Shown here in pieces: positions 1-9,523 of a stretch of DNA of 39,163 bases (positions within the stretch are counted from its first letter, which is position 1; the number at the start of each line of letters is the position of its first letter). A program made the position numbers and the translations under genes. Source of the DNA: Trichomonas gallinae (taxonomy: Eukaryota); NCBI GenBank assembly GCA_008369845.1, contig MRSU01005016.1, forward strand, positions 1-39,163. Reading direction: 5' to 3'. Under the pieces are notes generated by a model. That model was not told where the DNA came from, ran no database searches, and saw only the letters and a program-made list of their open reading frames with translations.

Positions 1-75
1 AGTTATATGATTGCTACTAGTTCAAATACAGAGATATATTCCAAAATAAGGTTCCAAAAACTGAGGAGCCCGCCC

Positions 76-709
76 TTAAATATTATCACCTTTGGCTGTT
101 TCTTCTTGATCATTCTCTGGTGGTGGCTTATATAGAAGCATTAGTACTGCAAAGAATGCCATAATAAAATACAAAATCAAGGTAAGTATGCCTGCGATAC
201 CCTTTGGAGCTGCTGCTTTTTTGGTTTTTTAAAAGCAACATCACAAGTATTTGTGAGTCCGAGATGAAATACTTACCATAATATGTGGGAACTGAACATC
301 TTATCCGATCGGCAGTTGTGACTTGTCCCCATCCGCAGCATTGAAGGCGAACATCCCAATATACCTTATCACCCAGTTTACCCCTTTTGTAATCATTTTC
401 TGGATCTTTCCAATAGTGAAGAGATGGTGTATAGCCGAAGGTGATACAAACACAATACAAGACAGCTGACAGTATCACCCAGACGAGCATTGAGGTTGGG
501 CAACAGCTGCACTTGAAGCACGACAAAAATGCACCGTGGATGAATGTTATAATAACGAAAAGAAGGAATACAGCATTGACTGCATAAAACGTGATGTATT
601 GAACAAAGAGAGAAAAACCAACTAAATGGAAGAAGTAGCATAAAATTGAAACGGCAACACAAACTACACCGATCAATAAGCTAATTCTTTCAATGTATTT
701 CGTATTCAA
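76..709 (-). pseudogene. Tetraspanin-like 4-TM protein, frameshifted and lacking an in-frame start ATG
   Basis: ORF 128-709 has three hydrophobic helices then WDVRLQCCGW (tetraspanin EC2 CCG motif). A fourth TM and tail (KAAAPKGIAGILTLILYFIMAFFAVLMLLYKPPPENDQEETAKGDNI*, stop 76-78) are in another frame, and an EC2-like Cys (NTCDVAFKK) is in the third frame. The ORF begins at TTG with an in-frame TAA shortly upstream. Confidence 0.65.
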
Positions 710-1233
710 ATGTTTTGACTTTGCGATATGTTAATTATAAATGAATATTTTGGAGCTAAATTAGAATTCATATTTTTCGCAGTTTTTGATCATTCATTAT
801 TATTATTATATAGCATGACATGAGCATTAATATTATTATAAAACAATATATGCGACTTATAATTTGAATATTATTTCAATTTCAAGTCAAAATAAAATTG
901 ATAAGAATATTGTAGCTATTTCAATGACGACATCAATGAAGATATCTCATTTTATCATTTGGAATTTTTGATCTTTACTGATTTTAAACATTTCGAAGTT
1001 TAGCTTTTTTACTTAATTAACGATATTTCCTTTGATACATTATATCACGAAACACATTCTAATTAATTCACTCGGTGCATGCTAATCGTTGCATCTAATT
1101 ATTCATGAATAACAAAGATTTTTTTTTTCGAATTTTTCAGGCCAAGATATCTTTTCTTATAATTTAAAGAGTATCTAATTAATAGCTTTTTCTCATATGA
1201 TATGAATCGTTGGTGCAATATTAGAAAAAAAAA

Positions 1234-2796
1234 TTATTTTGGAGAAGTTTGGAAATCAAGGACATCTTTGATACTTGGTATGTCATCAGGTGGAGTTGAC
1301 ACTACATCATATGTCTGCAAAAGGTTGAGAATGATAAATCTGACGACAACAGCAGATTCATCTTGTAAAGTGTGAACTCTTCCTTGATCTTTGAGATCCG
1401 GCGACTTTGCAACTTCACACAAGCCTATGACACTCATCGCTTGGCCTAGGCAGCTGTTTATGTATCTATTGAAATACGCAGGAGCATAGGCTTTAGAAAC
1501 GTCAGATTCACGCGAGAAATAGATTCCGTTGCCAAAATTATGTCCATTTTTCTCCAAACTTGTCCCAGACGCGTTGACTAAACCATTTCTCAGGATAGAA
1601 TGCCATCTAGTGAGGTCTGAGCCATGGAAGAGAAACATCGAGCCGTAAGTTGACTTGATTGCGTTGAATTTTTCGTCCTTTGAAGGCGAAGAAAGAAGTG
1701 TCATAAAAATCACGCAATTTTTTTCGAATATTTTCGGTTTCAATTGGTCTGGTAGACAGTACAACTGTGATCTATTGGATAGTATTATCCATCTAAGCAG
1801 TTTATAGGGCTCATCGCCAACAAATTTTTGGATATCTTCATCTTTGCAGCAATTTTCAAGAATATCCTTAAGAGAAGGTAGATCAGTCATTATCTCTTTC
1901 ATTCTATCAATGGATAAGTCAGAAGGACAAGGCTGACAATAATTATCTTCGAGTGCTGCAGCAAACAAGGATATTAGCAAATCAGCGACATATATGTCAC
2001 GCTGTATCTCAGAATGCAGAGAATTACCAACTCCTAGCTCTTGAAACGTGAAATTGCACAAAGGATTTTTGCATGTCGTTGGTTTAATGCCAGGAAGATC
2101 TATTTCTGCTCCACATATACAGCAGTGGTTATACAGCCCAATAAATGCATCGCAGACTTCTAGCGTAAGATAAAGCATCGGACAATCTTGATAATCAATG
2201 GTTAAAGGGTAATTTGCAGAACTAAAATCACCAGTGCGTATAAATTTGAGTGCTTCTTCATATTTATTGTTAAAAACCTTTAAAACGTTTTCTACAGCGA
2301 TTTTATCAAATCCTTCTTTAGATAAGAGTTTTGCTGCATTTTCATCGCATTCTCCTTGTGAAGAAAGTAGATAAATTGCTGATTTGTAGAATTTTTTAGG
2401 CTGAAACGCTTCAGAAAAGAAAGAATTAATTATTTTTTCGATATAAACGCGTCCTACGTATTGTTTTTGATAAATTGGATGTAAAACTTCTAATGATTGT
2501 GGTATTTTTCGCCAATTGAAGTCGCTAAGTTCAAATTCTATTTCTATAATATTAGTTGATTCGTAAAAACCATAAACAGACTGAATATAAATAGGAAGAA
2601 ACGACTTAGGAATTGATAATTTAATAAAATGATCGAATTTTTTGGCCGGTTGTGCATAAAAATGAGCATTATATGTATTGATTATCGACATTATTGCGAG
2701 AGAATCTATACTACTACTCGAATTTTTATCATAGATAAAGCAATCTTCATCCATATCAGAAAGATCTACTTCTGGGATTTCATCGCTTTCAGACAT
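1234..2796 (-). CDS. PARP6/PARP8-like (probably mono-) ADP-ribosyltransferase with UBA-like and Cys-rich regions
   Basis: Catalytic motifs FLFHGS..RWHSILRNGLVNASGT...NG..FGNGIYFS; LLRWIILSNRS regulatory-domain motif; CCICG...KPTTCKNPLC Cys cluster as in PARP6/8; UBA-like LSKEGFDKIAVENVLKVFNNKYEEALKFI. Confidence 0.88.
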   Translation of the reverse strand: MSESDEIPEVDLSDMDEDCFIYDKNSSSSIDSLAIMSIINTYNAHFYAQPAKKFDHFIKLSIPKSFLPIYIQSVYGFYESTNIIEIEFELSDFNWRKIPQSLEVLHPIYQKQYVGRVYIEKIINSFFSEAFQPKKFYKSAIYLLSSQGECDENAAKLLSKEGFDKIAVENVLKVFNNKYEEALKFIRTGDFSSANYPLTIDYQDCPMLYLTLEVCDAFIGLYNHCCICGAEIDLPGIKPTTCKNPLCNFTFQELGVGNSLHSEIQRDIYVADLLISLFAAALEDNYCQPCPSDLSIDRMKEIMTDLPSLKDILENCCKDEDIQKFVGDEPYKLLRWIILSNRSQLYCLPDQLKPKIFEKNCVIFMTLLSSPSKDEKFNAIKSTYGSMFLFHGSDLTRWHSILRNGLVNASGTSLEKNGHNFGNGIYFSRESDVSKAYAPAYFNRYINSCLGQAMSVIGLCEVAKSPDLKDQGRVHTLQDESAVVVRFIILNLLQTYDVVSTPPDDIPSIKDVLDFQTSPK

Positions 2797-2810
2797 AATT
2801 TTTTTTTAAA

Positions 2811-2816
2811 TAATGA
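2811..2816 (-). promoter_or_regulatory. Initiator (Inr) element of the PARP gene
   Basis: TCATTA on the minus strand about 15-20 nt upstream of the ATG at 2796, matching the trichomonad Inr TCA(Y)(T/A). Confidence 0.55.
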
Positions 2817-3265
2817 TTATTTTAATATGAACCAATGATACATCAGATAATAAAAAAGCTATTTTTATGTTTTATTTGGTTCTCGAAAGAATTATAACAT
2901 AATGAAAAACGAGAGTAGCATTTTGCTTGCAACTATATATATATACTCTATGAGATTTATCTATTTTCATGAAAGACAAGACTCAAAATTGTTAAAAATA
3001 ATGCATATATTTATTGCTATGGAATATTCGAATATAGTTGATATCCCATGATCCTGTATAACTATTTTTAGAAATTAGAGAGATGAAAGTGTTAATAATT
3101 ATCAGATTAAATAAAATCGAGGCAAATTAACTTCAAAATCAAACACATACATCCTGATGGATGATAGATACGAAATAACTAAAGTTGTATTTGTCCTACT
3201 GTGCAAATATGCAAATTTTTTTTGTGGACCTGAAAATTTTTAAATTACAAATATGATGATATATG

Positions 3266-3427
3266 CTATCGCCAACAAAATTTTTTCTCACTAAAATTGT
3301 AGAGCTCCTTACTATCCAGCGCTGCATAATCGAAGACTAAGCGTTTCTGGGCTGCGCTATCAGTTTGGGTAGAACAACGCGATGAAACAGATTGAGCTTC
3401 AGCACGTCCACGACTGCGACCACTCAT
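3266..3427 (-). CDS. 53-aa small ORF or truncated gene 5' end (MSGRSRGRAEAQSVSSRCSTQTDSAAQKRLVFDYAALDSKELYNFSEKKFCWR)
   Basis: Below the ORF-track cutoff. GC-richer than its flanks, with Inr TCATTT (3430-3435) immediately before the ATG (TCATTTAAATG). Confidence 0.45.
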   Translation of the reverse strand: MSGRSRGRAEAQSVSSRCSTQTDSAAQKRLVFDYAALDSKELYNFSEKKFCWR

Positions 3428-3471
3428 TTAAATGAATTTTTTTAGAAAATTAGGCGAATCCAAAAATTTAG

Positions 3472-3503
3472 AAAAATACGACAAAAATACGACAAATTAT
3501 GAC
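3472..3503 (+). repeat. Short tandem repeat AAAAATACGAC x2 plus one degenerate copy
   Basis: AAAAATACGAC AAAAATACGAC AAATTATGAC, seen directly. Confidence 0.7.
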
Positions 3504-3552
3504 ATGTAAACGCAGTAATATAACATGTAAATGGCGGCATGTTGAAACTTGA

Positions 3553-3760
3553 TCAATTGGCGAATTGGAACATGTTCTTGTATTCAACGAACTCTTGCTT
3601 TTGAATACGGTTATTTTCTCGATTAAAAGATTTCGTTATTTTCAACATTGATCTTACCATATTTCTCCTCGAGATTTTGCTGTCTTTCGGTCATGACTTT
3701 CTCCTTGATTTCTATCGCTTCAGCATTGAGACGCTTCGCTAAAGAATAATTACTATCATG
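3553..3760 (-). pseudogene. Frameshifted fragment of a coiled-coil protein gene
   Basis: Minus-strand translation HDSNYSLAKRLNAEAIEIKEKVMTERQQNLEEKYGK, continuing after a frame change as SMLKITKSFNRENNRIQKQEFVEYKNMFQFAN*. Coding-like composition within AT-rich DNA. Confidence 0.45.
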
Positions 3761-4774
3761 TTATACGGCCACTAAAACAAGGTTTAGTTAAAATTTAATC
3801 TATAATTTATGACTACAAAGACATGTCTAATATATGATTATTGGCTATCGGTTTTTAGTATTATATTTTATTCCAGAATTGCTATGATGTCATATTATAG
3901 TTTTTACATGACGTAATCAATATTTACACGCCAAATTTTCCATTTTTTTATAACATCATCATAATTTACATGTCATATTTTAATTTTACATAACATTATC
4001 ATAATTTATGGGCCAAAATATAATTTACATTATTGTAATAATCATCATTTCATGTAAAATTATTATATACCATTACTATTTCCGAATTCAACTCAAAGCT
4101 CGAAAATTTGTGATTTTTGTAAATTTTAATAACTGTATGGCTATATGAAATTATGTGTGGTTCCCAATCTGATGTGATTCAGAATTTTGAATGTATCACG
4201 GCTACTCTCAAAAATTGATTATATTATTGAAAACAATCCTAAAATAAAATTCGTTCTTTTTCAGATGTTTTAAATGTACTACACTTCTAATCACTGCATC
4301 GATATAAAATAATAACGAATAGCAAAAGTTAAATATTTAACAAACTCTTCGACATTTGTCATATATAATTATAATTTTGCTACTTCGATAATAAAATAAA
4401 GTAATCAAATTGAATACCAATCAAAAGTCTTATTTCTCATTATCCGTTTTTATGCAATATTAAGTCAACAAGAATTTCTAACGTATTTTTACTTAGCTTC
4501 ACACATTTTTATAGTCTTATATTATATATCCATATTTTCGATTTTTCAAATTCTTTGAAAAAATTATTTAAATTGAGAATAATTTGTAAACATCTCAAAA
4601 TTCTAACAACGAACTTCTATAATCTTGATCTATACTTATATCTGATTAAAATTTCAAAGTTTTTCATAAAAAGTTATTTTATCAAACTTTTTATATTGTA
4701 TTATATAACATACGTCAATGCATATTTCGTTAAAAAAATTTTCAAGTTTCAACATTCAAAAACAAAAAATTATA

Positions 4775-7700
4775 ATGGATGCCTCTCATGTACCCAACAG
4801 TGTTACTAGCCAGAGTGTTGATACATCAGTTCAATTCCTAAACAAAGATGGCAGCACTGGCTTCATTGACAGCTTATTCCCGCTTTACATGAGTGTTTTT
4901 AATACAAAGATTTCCATTATATGGGGATATCCCTTCCTTGGCATATATTTCTTGCAGGTTCTGTGGACATGCGTGTGGCCATGGAGCAAATACATGATTG
5001 GATTTGAAGATATGCCTATTTTAAGATGGATTTATCAAATTCTATTCATGAGAATCTGCCCATCATCCGATAACGACTACATTATACTTGCTGGCATCAT
5101 CATGATCCCGAATATCATAATCATGTTCCTAATGGCCTATCAACTTGCCTATTACAAAGTCAATAGGAAGTTTGTACAGATTTTAAACGTTCCACTCCGC
5201 TTGTACTTTGAAACACTCATGATAGCCACTAACATGCCGGCTATGATTGGAACATACGAGACAGCAATTATTATGTTGAAAGGAAGATTCAGCGCAAAAC
5301 TGTGTGCGGCATGCATATTGTATGCTATATCATTCATTTTCGAATATTCTTCCTTCATTTTTATCCAAAATCTCATTTCAAGATCTGTTTATTTCACTAA
5401 GGGCCCATTAACTAACTTTGATCCAGATATCATGACATATACCATTCTTACAAATGTTGTAGCGTACTTCTTATACTTCTTGCTGCTTCTTTTCGAAGAT
5501 TGGGCGCCTTTAGTCGCAATTTTCCTGCATTGCGTCGTTTATGTGTATTTGTTCCTATATATGTTCAACTATCAGCCGTTCATAGATGTATTGTTCGAAA
5601 GCATGGGCGTTGGATGGTTCTTAGGCGTCTGCGTTGGAGATGCATTAGCATTTGTTTCATATTTCATTAATAGACCAATGCACTATGTACCATTGCTTGG
5701 AGCACTCATAGTATATTCGTGTTTCACTGGTGTTGATATGGTTTATGTTCTAATTTCGAGAAAAAAGATTTTCGATAAGCTAAATGTGTCTTTTGAGAAC
5801 CAGGAACAAGCGAACAAATACTTTGACGAATTAAATTTCACCAAGAATGAACTAATGGCCATGTTATACTTAAGAATTGCTTTCATTCAATATTGTCCAT
5901 CATTTTATGAGATGACACTTGTAAATTACCTGGTGGATACATCAGATAAGGAGCTCACATTATCAACATGCCTTCAAATGGTTCATTACTTCCCCAGAGA
6001 AACAAGAATGCAAAATAAAATTGCAAAACTGTTAATGAAGAGGCGCAAGCTGAGGTTCCTCAATCGTTTCCTCCTGTTCCAAATAGACTCAGTCAAGTCA
6101 CTGAGGAATTTCACAGTTTCAAATCAATCCAAATTAAAATTAGTCGAATTAAAGACAATGTCAGACCACTGCGAGATGATGTCACGCAGTGCAATCGATT
6201 CCACAAAGCTAACGTCCGAATTCTTTGAGAATTTCGCTGAAAAAACGAGAAGTTGCGATGCTCTATGGAAAGAGAGCATTTTATCATCACCAAACAACCC
6301 CAAGTTCTGCGAGGAATACTCCAAGTTCCTTATCAACTCTATGTGCAGCTTCCCTGCTGGTCTCAAGTTGCGACATCGACAAAATTTGATCGAATATGGG
6401 CAGGTTTTCGCTGTCGATAACTCCTTTAAGTACATGATAACCGCGTTTCCGAAGTATTTGACCGAAGGCATCGTTGATTTCCAAGGAAAAATTATTAAAA
6501 CAGCTGCGAATGCTCGCAATCACAATAACAACCAAGCTAAGACAACAGGCACAAACAGTACATCTACAAATTCATCTGATAACAAGTTATCGTCGAACTC
6601 TGAGAACCAATTACAAGATTTATCGAATTTAGATAATGAAGAACTTGATACAGAGATAGAAGACCACTTAGGAAAGACAATGATGCAGATGCCGAAGGAG
6701 AGAATTGCCTTAGATCGCTGTTTAAGAGATAAAATACCAGTTGAGATCAAATTCACAGTGCATTCTATCATTTTCAACATCTTGATAGTTTTAGTTATCT
6801 ATGCTTATGGATGGAACTTCTCTAGAAACGCATTAGTCGATCAAATAGACGGAATGAACAAAATTGAGGCCTTTTCACTCGCAAGATACTATTCTGCACT
6901 CGCCAATCTCAACATTGTACTGACAGATTACACAATAAATAGACATATGCTGGGTTCTTTCACAGATAAACTTTCTGATTATTCGCATAGCGATGACAAG
7001 CCGATTATTGATCTGCTCGATAACATGATGAATGCTGTTCAAAAAGCAACAACAAATGCTTCAGTTAACTTCAATTATTTATTTAATCAACTTAATAATG
7101 AAGCTTCAGAGGGCAAAAACATATACAACTACGCAAACAGTCTCATTGAAACTGATGAAAGTGTCAATGTATGCAACAACGGCTCAATCATTCAATCGAA
7201 TTTAATGTCGTTCGCTTCAATGTTCTCTTCTATCATATCTGTGCAGAGGCTGATGTCAGGATTGACCGACTTACCATCATTACCCATGGATAACGACGCA
7301 TGCACACTTTTTTCGAGTTATGGCGTTTTCACTGATGTTACACTAGAAGCCTTCAGCAGTTTGTCATCTTTCCAGACAAGTGGAGCCGAAATTGTTCGAA
7401 AGAATTTCGCTATAATGGAAATTGCCATTCCTATTGTTATCTTCTTGTTGGTTTTGATCCCGATTTTAGTCATTCAAGTTATGAGCATCTTTTCCATAAG
7501 AAAAATCGCAGAAATGATCAAATCATTTGATGTCAAAGCGAAAGCAAAGGCGAAAGAGAGAATTATGATTGGATCAGGCACTGATGATTCCAGGGTTTCA
7601 GAATATAGACCAATACAGAAGAAATCAACAATATTGATTGTAATATTGTTCATAATTTGCATCGGCGTTTTCATTATAGCTTTCTTCTCATTGAACATCA

Positions 7701-9523
7701 CAGTGAATTCGAACAAAAACATTTCATATCTTTCATCATGGAATTCAATCGCTTCTTTGAGACTTGCTTTAGCCACAGAATCACTAATGCTACTGTTTTT
7801 CACTTGCGATTACCAGAAATTCGAGCAAGACAGTCCAAATTACAAATCTTATACAAATAAGACGACATTGATGCAATTCGCAATGATTGCAACAAAATTA
7901 CTTGTAGATATGGATAACTATTTAATCAATGGTGCTCAAAACACTCCAGGCTGCGTTGGCTTCGACGAAGAATTAGATAAGTTAAATATCATTGATGCTC
8001 AAATTCCGGTTGATCCTTCTGATCCAACTGTATCATACATCAACGCCTCAATTCACAAGCAGGTTGAAGTTTACGCGAATTTCGTAAATAATGCTTTAGG
8101 AGCAATAAAACTAGGAAATGATCCAACAACAGAAGATCTTGCGATTGCATTTTATTTAGCAACAAGCAGGATGATACCGAAAATGAGAGAAGCATCGAAT
8201 AGAATTATTTGGCTTGCTGATGACCAGCTTGACAAGTTTAGCGTCAAGATATACATTTTGTTTGCTCTTTTACTGTTTTTGCTTGCCATGATTTTAATTA
8301 TTTCAGGAATTTACCATGTAATAAGGAAAGCGACTTACAAAGCCAGCTTGATGATCATCAAGAGATTCTCACCATACGATTTATTGAACAACAAAATCTT
8401 CGCGAGGTTGTTCTTGAAAGGAAAAGGCGACGACAAGAACGAGAAGCTATCAATGGAAGGAAACATTATCAAGAATGCAAACGACTCAATTTTCTGCACG
8501 AATATAAATGGAACTGTTGAAATTGTCAACAATGCAACAACCAATTTATTAGGCTACACGCCAGAGCAGTTGTTAGGACAGTCTATCACATCATTCTTCA
8601 ATCCAGTCGACAAAGAAGCAATCGAAGCAAAAATCGAGCAAATGAGAAGCGGACAATCCTCTTCATACTACGAAGACAGCTACAAAGCTTTGTCAGACAG
8701 CATGACAGAAGTTCCAGTGCACTGCACTATTATAGGAATGAAGAAGGAAAATGAAAACAACGTAAACTCATTCGTTTTCTTATTGAGTGACCAGACAAAC
8801 CTAGTAAATCAAAAGAAAGCAGCAGAAGAAGCTAAAGCGAAGTCAGAGAAGTTATTATACCAAATTTTACCAAGAGACATTGTTGTCCAATTGAACAGGG
8901 GCGAAAAAGACATTTCTTTCGTTGTTCCATCAGCCACAATCATTTTTATCGACATCAACAGGTTCTCTGAATACGCAGCGAATTTAACGCCGCAAGACAT
9001 CATGGCAAATCTTTCACTCTACTTCGCTTATATTGATAAAATAGCTGCGAAGTATAACATGCTGACAAAAATCAAACTGATTGGCGATATTTACATGGCA
9101 GCCTCTGGTTTGTTCAACCCCGACTCTCCACCAGAAGCACACGCAGAGCAAACAGTAAACTTCGGTCTAGACTGCGTTTATGTATTGGATGAAATCAATA
9201 TAAGACTCGAAGCAAATCTGCAAATTAGAGTTGGAATAAACAGCGGAGGTCCTGTCATTGCCGGTGTTTTGGGAACAGACAAGCCTGTTTTCGATATAAT
9301 TGGAGACCCAATTAATGTCGCTGCACGTCTTCAGTCTACTTCTGATGTCAACAAGGTCCACATTTCTCAAGCAACAGTTGACTTGATCAAAGGAACAACA
9401 TTCGAAGTTGTTCAGAGAGGTGAAACATTCTTGAAGGGCAAAGGCAAGCAGATGACGTATTATGTAACATCGCCTGCACCAAACTTCTCAACATTGGGCA
9501 GCAAATCATTAGGATCACATTAA
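4775..9523 (+). CDS. Multi-transmembrane class III adenylyl cyclase with PAS domain (trichomonad TMAC family), copy 1
   Basis: Many TM helices; PAS (NDSIFCTNINGTVEIVNNATTNLLGYTPEQLLGQSI); signalling helix EKLLYQILP; cyclase motifs IFIDINRFS, KIKLIGDIYM, FDIIGDPINVAARLQ, LKGKG. The Lys/Asp pair indicates ATP specificity. Start set at 4775 (MDASH..SQSVD) because it aligns with the paralog N-terminus; the ORF is open from 4718. Confidence 0.93.
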   Translation: MDASHVPNSVTSQSVDTSVQFLNKDGSTGFIDSLFPLYMSVFNTKISIIWGYPFLGIYFLQVLWTCVWPWSKYMIGFEDMPILRWIYQILFMRICPSSDNDYIILAGIIMIPNIIIMFLMAYQLAYYKVNRKFVQILNVPLRLYFETLMIATNMPAMIGTYETAIIMLKGRFSAKLCAACILYAISFIFEYSSFIFIQNLISRSVYFTKGPLTNFDPDIMTYTILTNVVAYFLYFLLLLFEDWAPLVAIFLHCVVYVYLFLYMFNYQPFIDVLFESMGVGWFLGVCVGDALAFVSYFINRPMHYVPLLGALIVYSCFTGVDMVYVLISRKKIFDKLNVSFENQEQANKYFDELNFTKNELMAMLYLRIAFIQYCPSFYEMTLVNYLVDTSDKELTLSTCLQMVHYFPRETRMQNKIAKLLMKRRKLRFLNRFLLFQIDSVKSLRNFTVSNQSKLKLVELKTMSDHCEMMSRSAIDSTKLTSEFFENFAEKTRSCDALWKESILSSPNNPKFCEEYSKFLINSMCSFPAGLKLRHRQNLIEYGQVFAVDNSFKYMITAFPKYLTEGIVDFQGKIIKTAANARNHNNNQAKTTGTNSTSTNSSDNKLSSNSENQLQDLSNLDNEELDTEIEDHLGKTMMQMPKERIALDRCLRDKIPVEIKFTVHSIIFNILIVLVIYAYGWNFSRNALVDQIDGMNKIEAFSLARYYSALANLNIVLTDYTINRHMLGSFTDKLSDYSHSDDKPIIDLLDNMMNAVQKATTNASVNFNYLFNQLNNEASEGKNIYNYANSLIETDESVNVCNNGSIIQSNLMSFASMFSSIISVQRLMSGLTDLPSLPMDNDACTLFSSYGVFTDVTLEAFSSLSSFQTSGAEIVRKNFAIMEIAIPIVIFLLVLIPILVIQVMSIFSIRKIAEMIKSFDVKAKAKAKERIMIGSGTDDSRVSEYRPIQKKSTILIVILFIICIGVFIIAFFSLNITVNSNKNISYLSSWNSIASLRLALATESLMLLFFTCDYQKFEQDSPNYKSYTNKTTLMQFAMIATKLLVDMDNYLINGAQNTPGCVGFDEELDKLNIIDAQIPVDPSDPTVSYINASIHKQVEVYANFVNNALGAIKLGNDPTTEDLAIAFYLATSRMIPKMREASNRIIWLADDQLDKFSVKIYILFALLLFLLAMILIISGIYHVIRKATYKASLMIIKRFSPYDLLNNKIFARLFLKGKGDDKNEKLSMEGNIIKNANDSIFCTNINGTVEIVNNATTNLLGYTPEQLLGQSITSFFNPVDKEAIEAKIEQMRSGQSSSYYEDSYKALSDSMTEVPVHCTIIGMKKENENNVNSFVFLLSDQTNLVNQKKAAEEAKAKSEKLLYQILPRDIVVQLNRGEKDISFVVPSATIIFIDINRFSEYAANLTPQDIMANLSLYFAYIDKIAAKYNMLTKIKLIGDIYMAASGLFNPDSPPEAHAEQTVNFGLDCVYVLDEINIRLEANLQIRVGINSGGPVIAGVLGTDKPVFDIIGDPINVAARLQSTSDVNKVHISQATVDLIKGTTFEVVQRGETFLKGKGKQMTYYVTSPAPNFSTLGSKSLGSH

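Noticed and set aside
181..277. ATACTTACC (U1 snRNA 5'-end-like) on both strands, forming a 9-bp inverted repeat
   Set aside because: It lies within tetraspanin coding sequence, and no U1 stem-loops or Sm site are recognisable downstream.
4718..4774. Longer N-terminus of cyclase 1 from ATG 4718
   Set aside because: The extension is AT-rich and UTR-like, and the paralog aligns from the ATG at 4775.
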